From Escherichia phage TrudiGerster, in sequence record MZ501108: a DNA stretch of 64,000 bases. One strand, written 5' to 3'. Both the position numbers and the translations under genes were made by a program. This document shows, one piece after another, positions 50,302-59,844 of this stretch. Numbering within the stretch: position 1 is the first letter of the stretch; every line of letters begins with the position of its first letter. The notes under the pieces were generated by a model. The model ran no database searches. It was given only the letters and a program-made list of their open reading frames with translations, and had not been told where the DNA came from.

Positions 50302-51055
50302 AAATAGTTCCTTCCATAAAAGCCCCTACTTGGCCAATAAAGTGTTTGTTACCAAAAACTTCGGCAGCCCCAGCACGCCATACAGTAACACCACGTTTCT
50401 CATACAAGGACTGTTCTAAGTAGTTGATAGTTGGGTTAACAACCATCATCTTAGTACCCCGTGCCACCGCAGGAAATAGTTCCCAGTTGAAGTTGATAAC
50501 TTGGTTACTGCACCCAACCACGATAACCATATCATTAGCCGTAAGACTATCGAAAGTAGCGTTCATCAAAGCGTATTCAGGGGCTACTTCACCGAAGAAT
50601 ACAACGTTAGGCTTAGCCCAATAAAACTCATCAGGATCTATGGCAGTATAACCCACATCTAGGATATACTCTTTTCGATCTGGCAATTCCTTAATACGAA
50701 CTTCTGGTAAATAACCATGAACGTGTAGAACTTCACTTTTTGGCACACCAGCCCTTTCCAGTAGATCATCCACGTTAGTAGTGATGTTCAGTACAGTCTC
50801 TGGATATCGTTGGAACCACTCCCCAATGCGGAGATGCGCAATGTTAGGTTCAACAGTCTGCAATTCCTGACGACGCTTGTTGTAGAACTCGTGGGTTTTC
50901 CAGTAGAACTGTCCACGGAAAGCATGAATATCACATACTTCTTCCAGATCGTATTCATCCCACATTGCCTTGCCACTAGCAGTATCTGTACGGAATGCAC
51001 GGATACCACTATCAACACTTAAACCTGCACCACTAACAATAATTAGTCTACGCAT
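50279..51055 (-). CDS. Sir2-family (sirtuin-like) protein lacking the zinc ribbon
   Basis: 258 aa; GAGLSVDSGIRAFR, TTNVDDLLERAG, LHVHGYL match sirtuin NAD-binding/catalytic motifs; no CxxC pairs. Confidence 0.7.
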   Translation of the reverse strand: MRRLIIVSGAGLSVDSGIRAFRTDTASGKAMWDEYDLEEVCDIHAFRGQFYWKTHEFYNKRRQELQTVEPNIAHLRIGEWFQRYPETVLNITTNVDDLLERAGVPKSEVLHVHGYLPEVRIKELPDRKEYILDVGYTAIDPDEFYWAKPNVVFFGEVAPEYALMNATFDSLTANDMVIVVGCSNQVINFNWELFPAVARGTKMMVVNPTINYLEQSLYEKRGVTVWRAGAAEVFGNKHFIGQVGAFMEGTIYAPQKHV

Positions 51056-51290
51056 TTTTCACCTGCTCTCGGAAATTTTGACCAATACTATCTAATAGCT
51101 CAGCTAATTCTTTATTACCTTTTTCTACTAAGGTATTAGCAATAACTTCCAGCATAGTAGCACAAGATTCAACACCATCTTTGTAACCAGTTTCCCAGTG
51201 TTTCATTAAAACACCCTGAAACTCTTCATTGAGCTTGTTTAGGTCAATGAGGCTAACATTTTCACTTGGTAGCTTCTGACTCGAGAATGC
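51048..51290 (-). CDS. hypothetical protein
   Basis: 81 aa from ATG MAFSSQK after GGAGGA RBS (track ORF extends to 51425). Confidence 0.4.
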   Translation of the reverse strand, partial: AFSSQKLPSENVSLIDLNKLNEEFQGVLMKHWETGYKDGVESCATMLEVIANTLVEKGNKELAELLDSIGQNFREQVKNA

Positions 51291-51465
51291 CATACAGTTT
51301 GTCCTCCAGTTCCATAATACGATTTTCATAGGAAGCACGCAGCTTCTCGATGGATAAAGCACGAACCGTAACCTCATCTGAGTTAATCGCCAGTTGAGCG
51401 AGGTCTTCCGTTTCCATGCGGCCATTGTAAATTAAGCGATATTTAAGATGTTTTACGTTTTTCAT
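51262..51465 (-). CDS. hypothetical protein
   Basis: 67 aa ORF, overlaps downstream gene start by about 28 nt. Confidence 0.4.
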   Translation of the reverse strand: MKNVKHLKYRLIYNGRMETEDLAQLAINSDEVTVRALSIEKLRASYENRIMELEDKLYGILESEATK

Positions 51466-51474
51466 TCTTCTTCC

Positions 51475-51756
51475 TTAGTTCTGTACTGTAAATGCGTTTT
51501 TATCGGCATGAGCATTATAAGGATCATTCATGCGATAGATTTTCACAGCTTTAGTAGACCCTTTTGATTCTTCATAATCAATCCAGAGCCACTTGTCTTT
51601 GCCTACATAATGTACCCGAAATTTCTTAACTTTCTTATCGTTCCACGTTGCTACAACTCTACGATAATCAAAGCCACCTAACCAATCAAGAGCCTTACGT
51701 TCTTCACTAGGCTCTCCCAAATGTGAAACGTCCACTTTAGGAAGCAATTCGCTCAT
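51475..51756 (-). CDS. hypothetical protein
   Basis: 93 aa ORF, first gene after promoter at 51785-51813. Confidence 0.45.
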   Translation of the reverse strand: MSELLPKVDVSHLGEPSEERKALDWLGGFDYRRVVATWNDKKVKKFRVHYVGKDKWLWIDYEESKGSTKAVKIYRMNDPYNAHADKNAFTVQN

Positions 51757-51784
51757 AGCTTTCTCCTCTCAAATTTATAAATCT

Positions 51785-51813
51785 ATTATACACAAATTTT
51801 TAGCTGAAAGCAA
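51785..51813 (-). promoter_or_regulatory. early promoter driving the Sir2/HAD operon
   Basis: minus strand TTGCTT - 17 nt - TATAAT followed by AGATTTATAAATTTGAGAGGAG. Confidence 0.6.
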
Positions 51814-51848
51814 ATAAAATAAAAGCCAGGTCGACTAGCAACCTGGCT
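51812..51848 (-). terminator. rho-independent terminator after nrdD
   Basis: minus-strand hairpin agccaggt-tgctagtcg-acctggct followed by tttattttattt. Confidence 0.7.
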
Positions 51849-51855
51849 GATTCAC

Positions 51856-53730
51856 TTATTTAGCGCGAACGTCTCTATGTTTCACTCGACCCATAACCTC
51901 ATGTTGTTTACCAGGGTTAAAAGGACGTGCTCCTGGGTTCCCAAGATAACCACAAACTCGACGAGTTACCTCTAAAGTTTCAGGATCATGGTTTCCACAG
52001 ATAGGACATTTGAATCCATCCTCAGAAGCGATAGTCTCACCCAAGAATCCACACTCACCACAGGAATCTACGGGGGTATTAATACCGAAGTAATGAACCT
52101 TACTTGCAGCATAATTAATAACCCATTCCAATGCATCAGGGAATTTCTTCATATCAGGTAATTCCACATAGGAAATGCACCCACCAGAAGCAATTGGGGT
52201 AAAGTTAGACTCATAATCAAACTTCACGTTTGGAGCAACCTTACGTTCCACATCAAGGTGATGTGAGTTAGTATAGTATCCTTTACCAAGAATATCTTCA
52301 TGCTCTGGGAAATATTCACGGTCTAGACGACAGAAGCGATCACATAGGGATTCAGAAGGCGTTGCATACAAACTGTACCCTAACTGAGTTTCTTCCTTCT
52401 TCTGATCTGCACGATCACGCATATATTGTAAAACACGCTGTACAAACTTAATGCAGGTGTCAGACATTGTATCTACATCCTTACCAAACATAAACTGTAA
52501 CATTTCATGGCAGCCAATGTACCCTAGTGATACAGAAGCACGCTTGTAGAAATGATCAAACACATATTCATCGGGCCCCAGACGTAATCCAAAGGCTCCT
52601 GACATATAGAGGATGGGCGCAGCTTTAGCTTGAATGTATTTTAAGCGATCAACCCTCCACTCCAATGCTTTAAGTGCAGTATCAACACGCAGCTCAAGCA
52701 GATCGAAAAACAGATCAATATCTCCATCGGCTTCGATAGCGATTCGAGGAAGGTTTACAGAAACGACACCTAAGTTATTACGACCTGATGTTTCTCCATC
52801 TTCCGCAGCAGCTAAGAATGAGCGGCAGCCCATAGAAACTTTGTAGTCTCCAGTAACTTCAACTACCTTATCATAGCTGATATAGTCAGGATACATACGT
52901 TCGGCAGTACACTTCATAGCTAACTTCTTGATATCGTAGTTTACATCACCAGGTTTCATATTAACGCCATCACGAAGTACAAATACCAGTTTAGGGAAGA
53001 TTGCAGTACGTTTATTGATACCCAGACCATCCATACGTACTTCTAGGATTGCTTTCTGTACAAGACGAGCTTCCCAAGAAGTTCCTAAACCAAAGCCAAA
53101 GGTGATAAAAGGACTCTGACCATTAGAGTTGAACATCGTATTGATCTCATACTCTAGACCCTGACAGGCGTCGTAAACTTCTTTCTCAGTCATTTCCGTA
53201 GCCATTACAGATGCTTTGGCTTCGTCCTTAGTCCAACGCTTAGCGAACGCATGGTTCTTATCATAAGATTTACGAACGTAAGGGGCTAATACTTCATCAA
53301 GACGGTCAACAGAAGTACCGCCATATTGATGGGAGCTAACCTGAGTAATAATCTGAGCTGTAATAGCAGCCGCAGTAGTGATAGAATTTGGCGTACTGAT
53401 TTCAGCATTACCAACCTTCATACCATTCTTCAACATATCTTCCAAAGCAACGAGGCAACAGTTAGTCATACCTAAAGCTGCATAGTCAGCATCGTGGAAG
53501 TGAATATCACCAATCATATGAGCATTTCGAATCTGAATCGGCATTTCTTCTAGAATCAGATACTTACTCAACTCACCTGCTAGCATATCCCTTTGAGTAG
53601 GGAAGCGTTCTGAAGGTTTATTGGCGTTATTAAACAGCAGCTCTTCATCTGCTGAACCTTCGATAATTTCCTTGCAGTTTGTAATTAAAGACTGCATTCT
53701 TTTAATCTTCATCTGATCATTGTGATTCAT
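51856..53730 (-). CDS. nrdD: anaerobic ribonucleoside-triphosphate reductase (class III)
   Basis: 624 aa; C-terminal Zn-ribbon Cys pairs (SCGECGF ... CPICGNH) and glycyl-radical motif TRRVCGYLG. Confidence 0.85.
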   Translation of the reverse strand: MNHNDQMKIKRMQSLITNCKEIIEGSADEELLFNNANKPSERFPTQRDMLAGELSKYLILEEMPIQIRNAHMIGDIHFHDADYAALGMTNCCLVALEDMLKNGMKVGNAEISTPNSITTAAAITAQIITQVSSHQYGGTSVDRLDEVLAPYVRKSYDKNHAFAKRWTKDEAKASVMATEMTEKEVYDACQGLEYEINTMFNSNGQSPFITFGFGLGTSWEARLVQKAILEVRMDGLGINKRTAIFPKLVFVLRDGVNMKPGDVNYDIKKLAMKCTAERMYPDYISYDKVVEVTGDYKVSMGCRSFLAAAEDGETSGRNNLGVVSVNLPRIAIEADGDIDLFFDLLELRVDTALKALEWRVDRLKYIQAKAAPILYMSGAFGLRLGPDEYVFDHFYKRASVSLGYIGCHEMLQFMFGKDVDTMSDTCIKFVQRVLQYMRDRADQKKEETQLGYSLYATPSESLCDRFCRLDREYFPEHEDILGKGYYTNSHHLDVERKVAPNVKFDYESNFTPIASGGCISYVELPDMKKFPDALEWVINYAASKVHYFGINTPVDSCGECGFLGETIASEDGFKCPICGNHDPETLEVTRRVCGYLGNPGARPFNPGKQHEVMGRVKHRDVRAK

Positions 53731-53759
53731 TATATTCTCCTTCTCTAACTAAGACTACT

Positions 53760-53788
53760 ATTATAGCTCATTTGAAGGCGTATGTCAA
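53760..53788 (-). promoter_or_regulatory. consensus sigma70 promoter for nrdD
   Basis: minus strand TTGACA - 17 nt - TATAAT, then GAAGGAG RBS and ATG. Confidence 0.7.
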
Positions 53789-53846
53789 TATAAATTTTCT
53801 AAAGAGCTAAGTAACTTGATCTGGCTCAATTTTTGGAAAATTGTTG

Positions 53847-53876
53847 TTGACACCTTACCCTATTTTATACTATAAT
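53847..53876 (+). promoter_or_regulatory. sigma70 promoter (plus strand), divergent from nrdD promoter
   Basis: TTGACA - 18 nt - TATAAT. Confidence 0.6.
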
Positions 53877-53988
53877 CCCGCGCCCATGTACGCGATATAA
53901 AATGATTATCTAGTATCATACATCTCCCTCTATAAGCAAGCAAATTTTTTATTTAACTGCAATGTCATAGGCTTATTTAAAATTGTAG

Positions 53989-54017
53989 TTGCTTTTTACT
54001 GTAGATATTGGTATAAT
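53989..54017 (+). promoter_or_regulatory. second plus-strand promoter upstream of phoH
   Basis: TTGCTT - 17 nt - TATAAT. Confidence 0.55.
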
Positions 54018-54090
54018 ATATTTGTAAGTTGATAAACAAGATCTTTTTGTTGATCCTCTGTTAGCGAAGTACACTATAGGAGTGTTATTT

Positions 54091-54840
54091 ATGGGAAAAC
54101 TGCGTCAGAAAAGAGAAACCCGTAACGGGTCAAGAAAGCGTAACAGCAACTACGAAGATAACATTATTCAGGGAAACTTCTCTGATTTTGCTATTCCCGT
54201 TGCTAAGTCCCTAGAAGGTAAAAACAAAGAGCAAAAATCATATATCAATATGATCAAGAACAACACCATTACCGTTGGTATTGGTGAACCAGGTACGGGT
54301 AAGACTTTTATCCCTTCCGTTCTTGCTGCTCAGGAACTTACTAATCCTCGCTCTAATATTGAGCAAGTGATTTTAGTGCGTCCTAACGAACCTCTAGGCA
54401 AATCTCTTGGGATGCTACCGGGTGACCTGGCTGAGAAGCTAGAACCTTGGCTGGAACCGATTGCAGATGGCATGAAATGGGCTATAGGTGATCAGGCATA
54501 TAAAGGGTATGTAGAACGTCAGAAAGTTAAATTCCTGGCTATCGAGCATGCTCGTGGACGAACTTTCAACAACTCCTATGTGATTGTCGATGAAGCTCAG
54601 AATATCTCAGTCGAAGCAATGATCTGTCTCCTAACTCGTGTAGGACAAGATTGTCGCTTAGTCATTTGCGGAGATATCGCTCAGAAAGACATTAAGGGTG
54701 ACTCAGGCTTAGCACTTCTAATGGAAGTGTATAAGAGGTATGATTACTCTCCATTCTCAATGATTGAACTTATTGAGAACGTACGTTCCCGAGAATCTAA
54801 AGCATTCTATGACATCTTTAAAGAGATGGGGCTGGTGTAA
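54091..54840 (+). CDS. phoH: PhoH-like ATPase
   Basis: P-loop GIGEPGTGKTF, Walker B VIVDEAQN; ATG at 54091 after AGGAG. Confidence 0.8.
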   Translation: MGKLRQKRETRNGSRKRNSNYEDNIIQGNFSDFAIPVAKSLEGKNKEQKSYINMIKNNTITVGIGEPGTGKTFIPSVLAAQELTNPRSNIEQVILVRPNEPLGKSLGMLPGDLAEKLEPWLEPIADGMKWAIGDQAYKGYVERQKVKFLAIEHARGRTFNNSYVIVDEAQNISVEAMICLLTRVGQDCRLVICGDIAQKDIKGDSGLALLMEVYKRYDYSPFSMIELIENVRSRESKAFYDIFKEMGLV

Positions 54841-54841
54841 T

Positions 54842-55084
54842 ATGGGAAATGTCGTACATCTACATCGCAAAACTAAAATTCACCGCACTTCGCTGAGTGC
54901 TGCAAACATGATTACCCGTAAAGAGGGTGAAGAAAGTCCTAAGACTTCTCTAGCATGGAAAATTGTAGCCTCTAATCCAAATCGACCGTTCAACTATAAT
55001 GAATTGAATACTTCCGTAGATATTTTAATGGCTAAGGAAATACGAGAGAAATTAAGAGATATGGCCGATAAAATTAAACGGTAA
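54842..55084 (+). CDS. hypothetical small protein
   Basis: 80 aa; ATG overlaps phoH stop (TAATATG). Confidence 0.4.
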   Translation: MGNVVHLHRKTKIHRTSLSAANMITRKEGEESPKTSLAWKIVASNPNRPFNYNELNTSVDILMAKEIREKLRDMADKIKR

Positions 55085-55091
55085 GACAGAT

Positions 55092-55126
55092 GAGCCTGGG
55101 TATGAAAATATCCGGGCTCTTTTTAT
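55092..55126 (+). terminator. rho-independent terminator
   Basis: hairpin gagcctggg...cccgggctc followed by tttttatctg. Confidence 0.6.
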
Positions 55127-55207
55127 CTGTAAAATTGTACTTGCATAATGACTCAAAACAAAGTAGAATATTTCCTAAATCCTGAGAACTACAAAAAGGA
55201 AACTGCA

Positions 55208-57541
55208 ATGGACTTTCGAATCACAAAAGTAATTAAACGCGACGGTACGATCCAGGACTTTGCTCCTGAAAAACTCAACGACTGGGCTGCGTGGGCATGT
55301 AAGAATGCTAACGTTAGCTGGTCTGCCGTAGTTATGGCTGCACTGAAAAATCTACCTAAAGGGGTTGTAGATTCCGATACACTTCAAGATGTATTAATCA
55401 AAGCAGCAGAAGGTTTGATCAAAGATAACCCTGCGTATGATGAAGTAGCGAAGGAATTACGTCTTGCACAGATGCGTAAACGCCTGTATGATTCCTATGA
55501 ACCACCTTCTTTACGTTTCTTCCATGACCACATGGTTAAAGTTGGGGCTTGGGAAGATATGAGTGCATGGATTTCCGATGAACAGTTTGACGCTTTGAAT
55601 GGTGTTATTGATCATGAACGTGATCGTCTCTTCACTAGCGGTGGTCTGAAACAGTTCTTCGATAAGTATTCCCGTCGTAATATCGCAACTGGCGAAATTT
55701 ACGAAACCCCGCAATTTGCCTACATGGGTATGGCAATGGCGATGTTATCTCAACCTAACTGGACAATTCTGGATGCAATCGACCTCTACAATGCAATGTC
55801 GCTCCATAAAATCAACGTTCCTACTCCGCCACTGGTTGGTCTGCGCTCTAGTGACCGTGGATTTGCTAGTTGCTGCCTCGTGGATTCCACGGACACGCTG
55901 GATTCAATCGACACAGCCGAGCACATCGTTTTCAAAATGGTCGCAGCCAGAGCGGGAATCGGGTATCATCTTGAAAGCCGATCAATTGCTGATCCGGTGC
56001 GAAATGGGGCGTTCCCGCATTCCGGAAAACTGCCATATTATAGACACATCGACCGTTCAGTAAAAGCGAACACTCAGCAAACCCGTGGTGGTTCTGCTAC
56101 TGTATCTTATCCGTACTTCGATCCTGAAATCATTCAGTTGATGCAGGTTAAACAGCAACGTGCTACAGACGAGAACAAAATCGATAAGATGGACTACTCT
56201 CTGAGCTTTAACAACCTTCTATTGAAACGTTATCTGAAAAACGAAGATATTACGCTCATGTCTTACTTCTATGCACCAGAAGTCCACGAAGCGTTTTATG
56301 GGGAAGATGAGGCTAAGTTTGAAGAAATCTATGTGGCAGCGGAGAAACGTGTGGCATCTCTTACAAAGATCGACCACGAAGGAAAAACAATTCCAGCAGC
56401 TCCTAAAATCCCTGCAAAAGAAATCCTAGATACTTGGTTACGTATCCGTATGGAAACAGGTCGTATGTACGCTCATCACATTGGGGAATCTAACCGTCAT
56501 GGTAACTTCCTTGACCCGATTCGTATGACCAACCTTTGTGTAGAGATTACCCAGCCAACTCGTCCATTCCAGCACATTACGGAACTGTACAAAACTCCAG
56601 ATCAACTGGATGATATGCGTCCAGAAGATATTGGTGAAGTATCTCTGTGTAACCTGGGTGGTGTTGTTCTAGGCCGTATGAGTTCTCTGGCAGAATGGGA
56701 GAAAACTTGCTACATCCTTCTGAAATTCGTTGATACTATCATTGAAATTCAGGACTATCCGTTCCCAACTATGGAATACACGGCTAAGAAGCGTCGTAAC
56801 GTAGGTATTGGTCTGATGAATGCAGCAGGTGCAATGGCAGCAGAAGGTCTGGCTTACGAAGGTGAAGAAGCTCGTAACTGGATTCACCGTGAAGCTGAGA
56901 AGCTCTCTTACTTCCTGCATAAAGCCTCTGTACGTCTGGCAAAAGAACAAGGTGCATGTGATTGGTTTAACCGTACCAAACCTTCTCAAGGAACTCTGGT
57001 AATCGACACCTATAAGAAAACTGTTGATGAACTGGTATCCGTAGGTCTAGAAATGGATTGGGAATCTCTGCGTGCAGATATCCTGAAATACGGTATGCGT
57101 AACTCTGTTCTGACAGCTCAGATGCCTGGTGAAAGTTCTTCTGTACTGTTAGGTGTTACCAACTCAATTGAGCCACCTCGTAAGATTGTATCTATCAAGG
57201 GTAGTGCAGTGAACAAAGTAATTGCAATTGCTCCAGGTGCAACTGATTGGGATACTCTCATGAGCTATAAACTAGCCTATGATGTAGATCGCATTGAGTG
57301 GATCAAGTGGGTAGCAACTATGCAGAAATTCTTCAGCCAGTCTATTAGTACGAACATGTACTATGACTACACCAAGTTTGAGAATGAAATCATTCCTGGC
57401 CCAGTAGTAGTTCGTGATTTCATGACTGCTGTTAAGTACGGATGGAAGACTTGGTACTACGCTAACTTCAACACTGAAAACGGTGGTGGAGCAGGTGAAG
57501 AAGCCGCAGCTGGTTGTGCATCAGGTGGTTGCCAACTTTAA
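55208..57541 (+). CDS. nrdA: ribonucleotide reductase class I large subunit
   Basis: N-terminal ATP-cone (ITKVIKRDGTIQDF), central catalytic region, C-terminal Cys pair (CASGGCQL); ATG at 55208 has the better RBS (track start 55148). Confidence 0.85.
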   Translation: MDFRITKVIKRDGTIQDFAPEKLNDWAAWACKNANVSWSAVVMAALKNLPKGVVDSDTLQDVLIKAAEGLIKDNPAYDEVAKELRLAQMRKRLYDSYEPPSLRFFHDHMVKVGAWEDMSAWISDEQFDALNGVIDHERDRLFTSGGLKQFFDKYSRRNIATGEIYETPQFAYMGMAMAMLSQPNWTILDAIDLYNAMSLHKINVPTPPLVGLRSSDRGFASCCLVDSTDTLDSIDTAEHIVFKMVAARAGIGYHLESRSIADPVRNGAFPHSGKLPYYRHIDRSVKANTQQTRGGSATVSYPYFDPEIIQLMQVKQQRATDENKIDKMDYSLSFNNLLLKRYLKNEDITLMSYFYAPEVHEAFYGEDEAKFEEIYVAAEKRVASLTKIDHEGKTIPAAPKIPAKEILDTWLRIRMETGRMYAHHIGESNRHGNFLDPIRMTNLCVEITQPTRPFQHITELYKTPDQLDDMRPEDIGEVSLCNLGGVVLGRMSSLAEWEKTCYILLKFVDTIIEIQDYPFPTMEYTAKKRRNVGIGLMNAAGAMAAEGLAYEGEEARNWIHREAEKLSYFLHKASVRLAKEQGACDWFNRTKPSQGTLVIDTYKKTVDELVSVGLEMDWESLRADILKYGMRNSVLTAQMPGESSSVLLGVTNSIEPPRKIVSIKGSAVNKVIAIAPGATDWDTLMSYKLAYDVDRIEWIKWVATMQKFFSQSISTNMYYDYTKFENEIIPGPVVVRDFMTAVKYGWKTWYYANFNTENGGGAGEEAAAGCASGGCQL

Positions 57542-57550
57542 TAAAACTAA

Positions 57551-57578
57551 GGAGATCTTCGGGTCTCCTTTTTCTTTG
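57551..57578 (+). terminator. rho-independent terminator after nrdA
   Basis: hairpin ggagatc-ttcg-ggtctcc followed by tttttcttt. Confidence 0.7.
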
Positions 57579-57587
57579 AAATTTTAC

Positions 57588-57616
57588 TTGCTAATCGCGA
57601 CCTGATTTGCTATAAT
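57588..57616 (+). promoter_or_regulatory. sigma70 promoter upstream of HNH/nrdB
   Basis: TTGCTA - 17 nt - TATAAT, then AAGGAGA RBS. Confidence 0.6.
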
Positions 57617-57640
57617 ATCTCTATATTAAGGAGATATACT

Positions 57641-58159
57641 GTGAAACCTCAATTAACAAAAGAATTTCTAGAGAAATACCTAGAACTCAGAGAAGATACA
57701 CTCTATTGGAAGCCAAGAGAAACTAACAAGGGTGGATTTAACACTAGATTTGCTGGAAAACCTGTAGGAGCCGTCAATGGAAATGGCTACCTATGCTTCC
57801 GACTTAATGTGGAAGGTTATAGATGGGAGTTAAGAAATCATGTAGTAATCTTCTGTCTCTATTATGGATATTACCCTACTAAGACAGTAGATCATAAAGA
57901 TACAAATAAACTTAATAACCACCCTTTAAGTCTAAGGGAATCAACCGATGCTGGTAACGCCCAAAATAGAGGAGCTGGTAAAAACAATACTCATGGGCAT
58001 AAAAACCTAGAGCCTCTTAGTTCAGGAAACTGGAGGGTTAGGATAACACACAACGGTACTGTTTATAGATCTTCCGCAATGCCTTTAGAAAAAGCTCTAG
58101 AACATAGAGATATTAAACTTAAAGAATTTCATGGTGAATACGCTAATAATGGAGAATAA
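57641..58159 (+). CDS. HNH homing endonuclease between nrdA and nrdB
   Basis: 172 aa, GTG start; HNH_3-like VDHKDTNKLNNHPLSLRESTDAGNAQN. Confidence 0.72.
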   Translation: MKPQLTKEFLEKYLELREDTLYWKPRETNKGGFNTRFAGKPVGAVNGNGYLCFRLNVEGYRWELRNHVVIFCLYYGYYPTKTVDHKDTNKLNNHPLSLRESTDAGNAQNRGAGKNNTHGHKNLEPLSSGNWRVRITHNGTVYRSSAMPLEKALEHRDIKLKEFHGEYANNGE

Positions 58160-58162
58160 TTA

Positions 58163-59308
58163 ATGACAACCTTACTAAATCTGAACTGGAATCCTGATTC
58201 TGAAGAGCTATTTCTGGGTGATGCTTTGGGAGTAGCAGACTATGTTCGTGTTGCTCATCCAGAGCTAGAACGACTTGCACTATTGCAGAGGAGCCAGTTT
58301 TGGACTGAAACAGAAATCAGTCTAGAAAGTGACAAAAAGCAATGGCCTAATCTCCCAAGAGAAATACAAGAAATCACTCTGCTGAATTTAGCTTGGCAGG
58401 TTCAAACAGATTCATTTATTAGTAGAGCACCAGAAGCCGCAGTACTTCCTTTGGTTAGTCGCCCTGAGTTAGAGGGAATGCTAAAGCAGTGGAGCTACTT
58501 CGAAGATCTGCACAGCCGTGCTTATAGCAACATTATCCGTAACGTTCTGACTGATCCAGCAGAATTTATCGATTCTGTTACAAAAAACCAAGAAGCATTC
58601 GCACGTATCGCTGATTCCGTAGAACTGTTCGATGAACTGTATCAATTAGGTCAGTATTTCATCGCAGTACGTGACCATCGTGGTGACAATACTTATCCAG
58701 AAACCGAGTTTCCTGAAGTTAAACGTGAAACTCAGGCTAAACTGTTAGATGCCTATTTTGCAATCTATGGTCTGGAAGCAATGCAGTTCTACGCATCTTT
58801 TGCTTGTACCTTTGCTCTAGCAGAAAACGATATTCTGCAAGGTATTGCTAAGAACCTGCAATTGATTGCTAAAGATGAAGCTCTGCATACTCAAATGTCC
58901 AAAGCAGTTATCCAGATCATGTTCCAGCAGTTCGACCAAGATCTGATTGATGAAGCTCTGGCTAAAGCACCAGCGCAGCTTTTGAAAACTCTGCAAACTG
59001 AAATCAACTGGGGCCACTTTATCTTTAAAGGCCGTAGTCTGATTGGTCTGAACGCAGAACTTCTGGAAGAATACCTTTACTTTGTAGGACGTAACGCATT
59101 TATGCATATTGGCGTAGAATGGCCGAGCAATCTGCCAGTAATTACTAAGAACCCAATTCCGTGGATCATGAACTGGCTGGATACTACCTCTTTACAACCT
59201 GCTCCACAGGAAATCCAGATTGGTGCAGCTTATCGTGTAGGTCAGGTAACTGAGACTTCAACTGATACCTTGAAAGACCTGGGTAATGAATTTGAGGGCA
59301 TGTTCTAA
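58163..59308 (+). CDS. nrdB: ribonucleotide reductase class I small subunit
   Basis: 381 aa; ferritin-like diiron protein with conserved E/H-containing helices (FEDLHSRAYS; KDEALHT). Confidence 0.85.
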   Translation: MTTLLNLNWNPDSEELFLGDALGVADYVRVAHPELERLALLQRSQFWTETEISLESDKKQWPNLPREIQEITLLNLAWQVQTDSFISRAPEAAVLPLVSRPELEGMLKQWSYFEDLHSRAYSNIIRNVLTDPAEFIDSVTKNQEAFARIADSVELFDELYQLGQYFIAVRDHRGDNTYPETEFPEVKRETQAKLLDAYFAIYGLEAMQFYASFACTFALAENDILQGIAKNLQLIAKDEALHTQMSKAVIQIMFQQFDQDLIDEALAKAPAQLLKTLQTEINWGHFIFKGRSLIGLNAELLEEYLYFVGRNAFMHIGVEWPSNLPVITKNPIPWIMNWLDTTSLQPAPQEIQIGAAYRVGQVTETSTDTLKDLGNEFEGMF

Positions 59309-59844
59309 TGATAGCAGCAATCTATGCAACTGGGCCGAAAGGGGAGTTCGGCCTCAATGGTAGACTCCCTTGGGGTTCCTTCAAAGAGGAACTAGATATA
59401 TTTTATGCCACACTAGATTCTCTAGCACCTGATAACATCATCATTGGTGCAGGTACGTGGTTGGGCTTTCCTGAAACGCTTCAAAAGCGGATTTTAGGGG
59501 ATTCTGATCTGTTTATTTATGCCAATGCCCACAAGCCTTTACCAGAAACTATTGGGTGCCCTACTCGAATTACTAGCATTGGGTATACTTTGCCTGAATT
59601 CTTTAAGGAAGAAGTAACAGTAGTATTGGGCGGAGCAGCTTTGCTCCTAGAGATGTATGCTAAAAATCACTTAGACATGGCATATGTTTCGACAATCGCA
59701 TCAGCAACACCATTATCAGCTGATGTACACTTGCATCCACATATTACTATGACTAACTCGATGGCAACCAGAATGGAGTATGCATCAGGGGAGAATGCGG
59801 ATAAAACCCTTTCCTTCCTACAGGAGCTGGTAACGTTTAAATGA
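59308..59844 (+). CDS. dihydrofolate reductase
   Basis: 178 aa; N-terminal [22 protein letters not shown] resembles DHFR NADPH/folate-binding start; sits between nrdB and thymidylate synthase. Confidence 0.7.
   Translation: MIAAIYATGPKGEFGLNGRLPWGSFKEELDIFYATLDSLAPDNIIIGAGTWLGFPETLQKRILGDSDLFIYANAHKPLPETIGCPTRITSIGYTLPEFFKEEVTVVLGGAALLLEMYAKNHLDMAYVSTIASATPLSADVHLHPHITMTNSMATRMEYASGENADKTLSFLQELVTFK

Noticed and set aside
51048-51756. An NrdG activase among the small ORFs downstream of nrdD
   Set aside because: None carries the CxxxCxxC radical-SAM motif; the adjacent 93 aa protein has no cysteine
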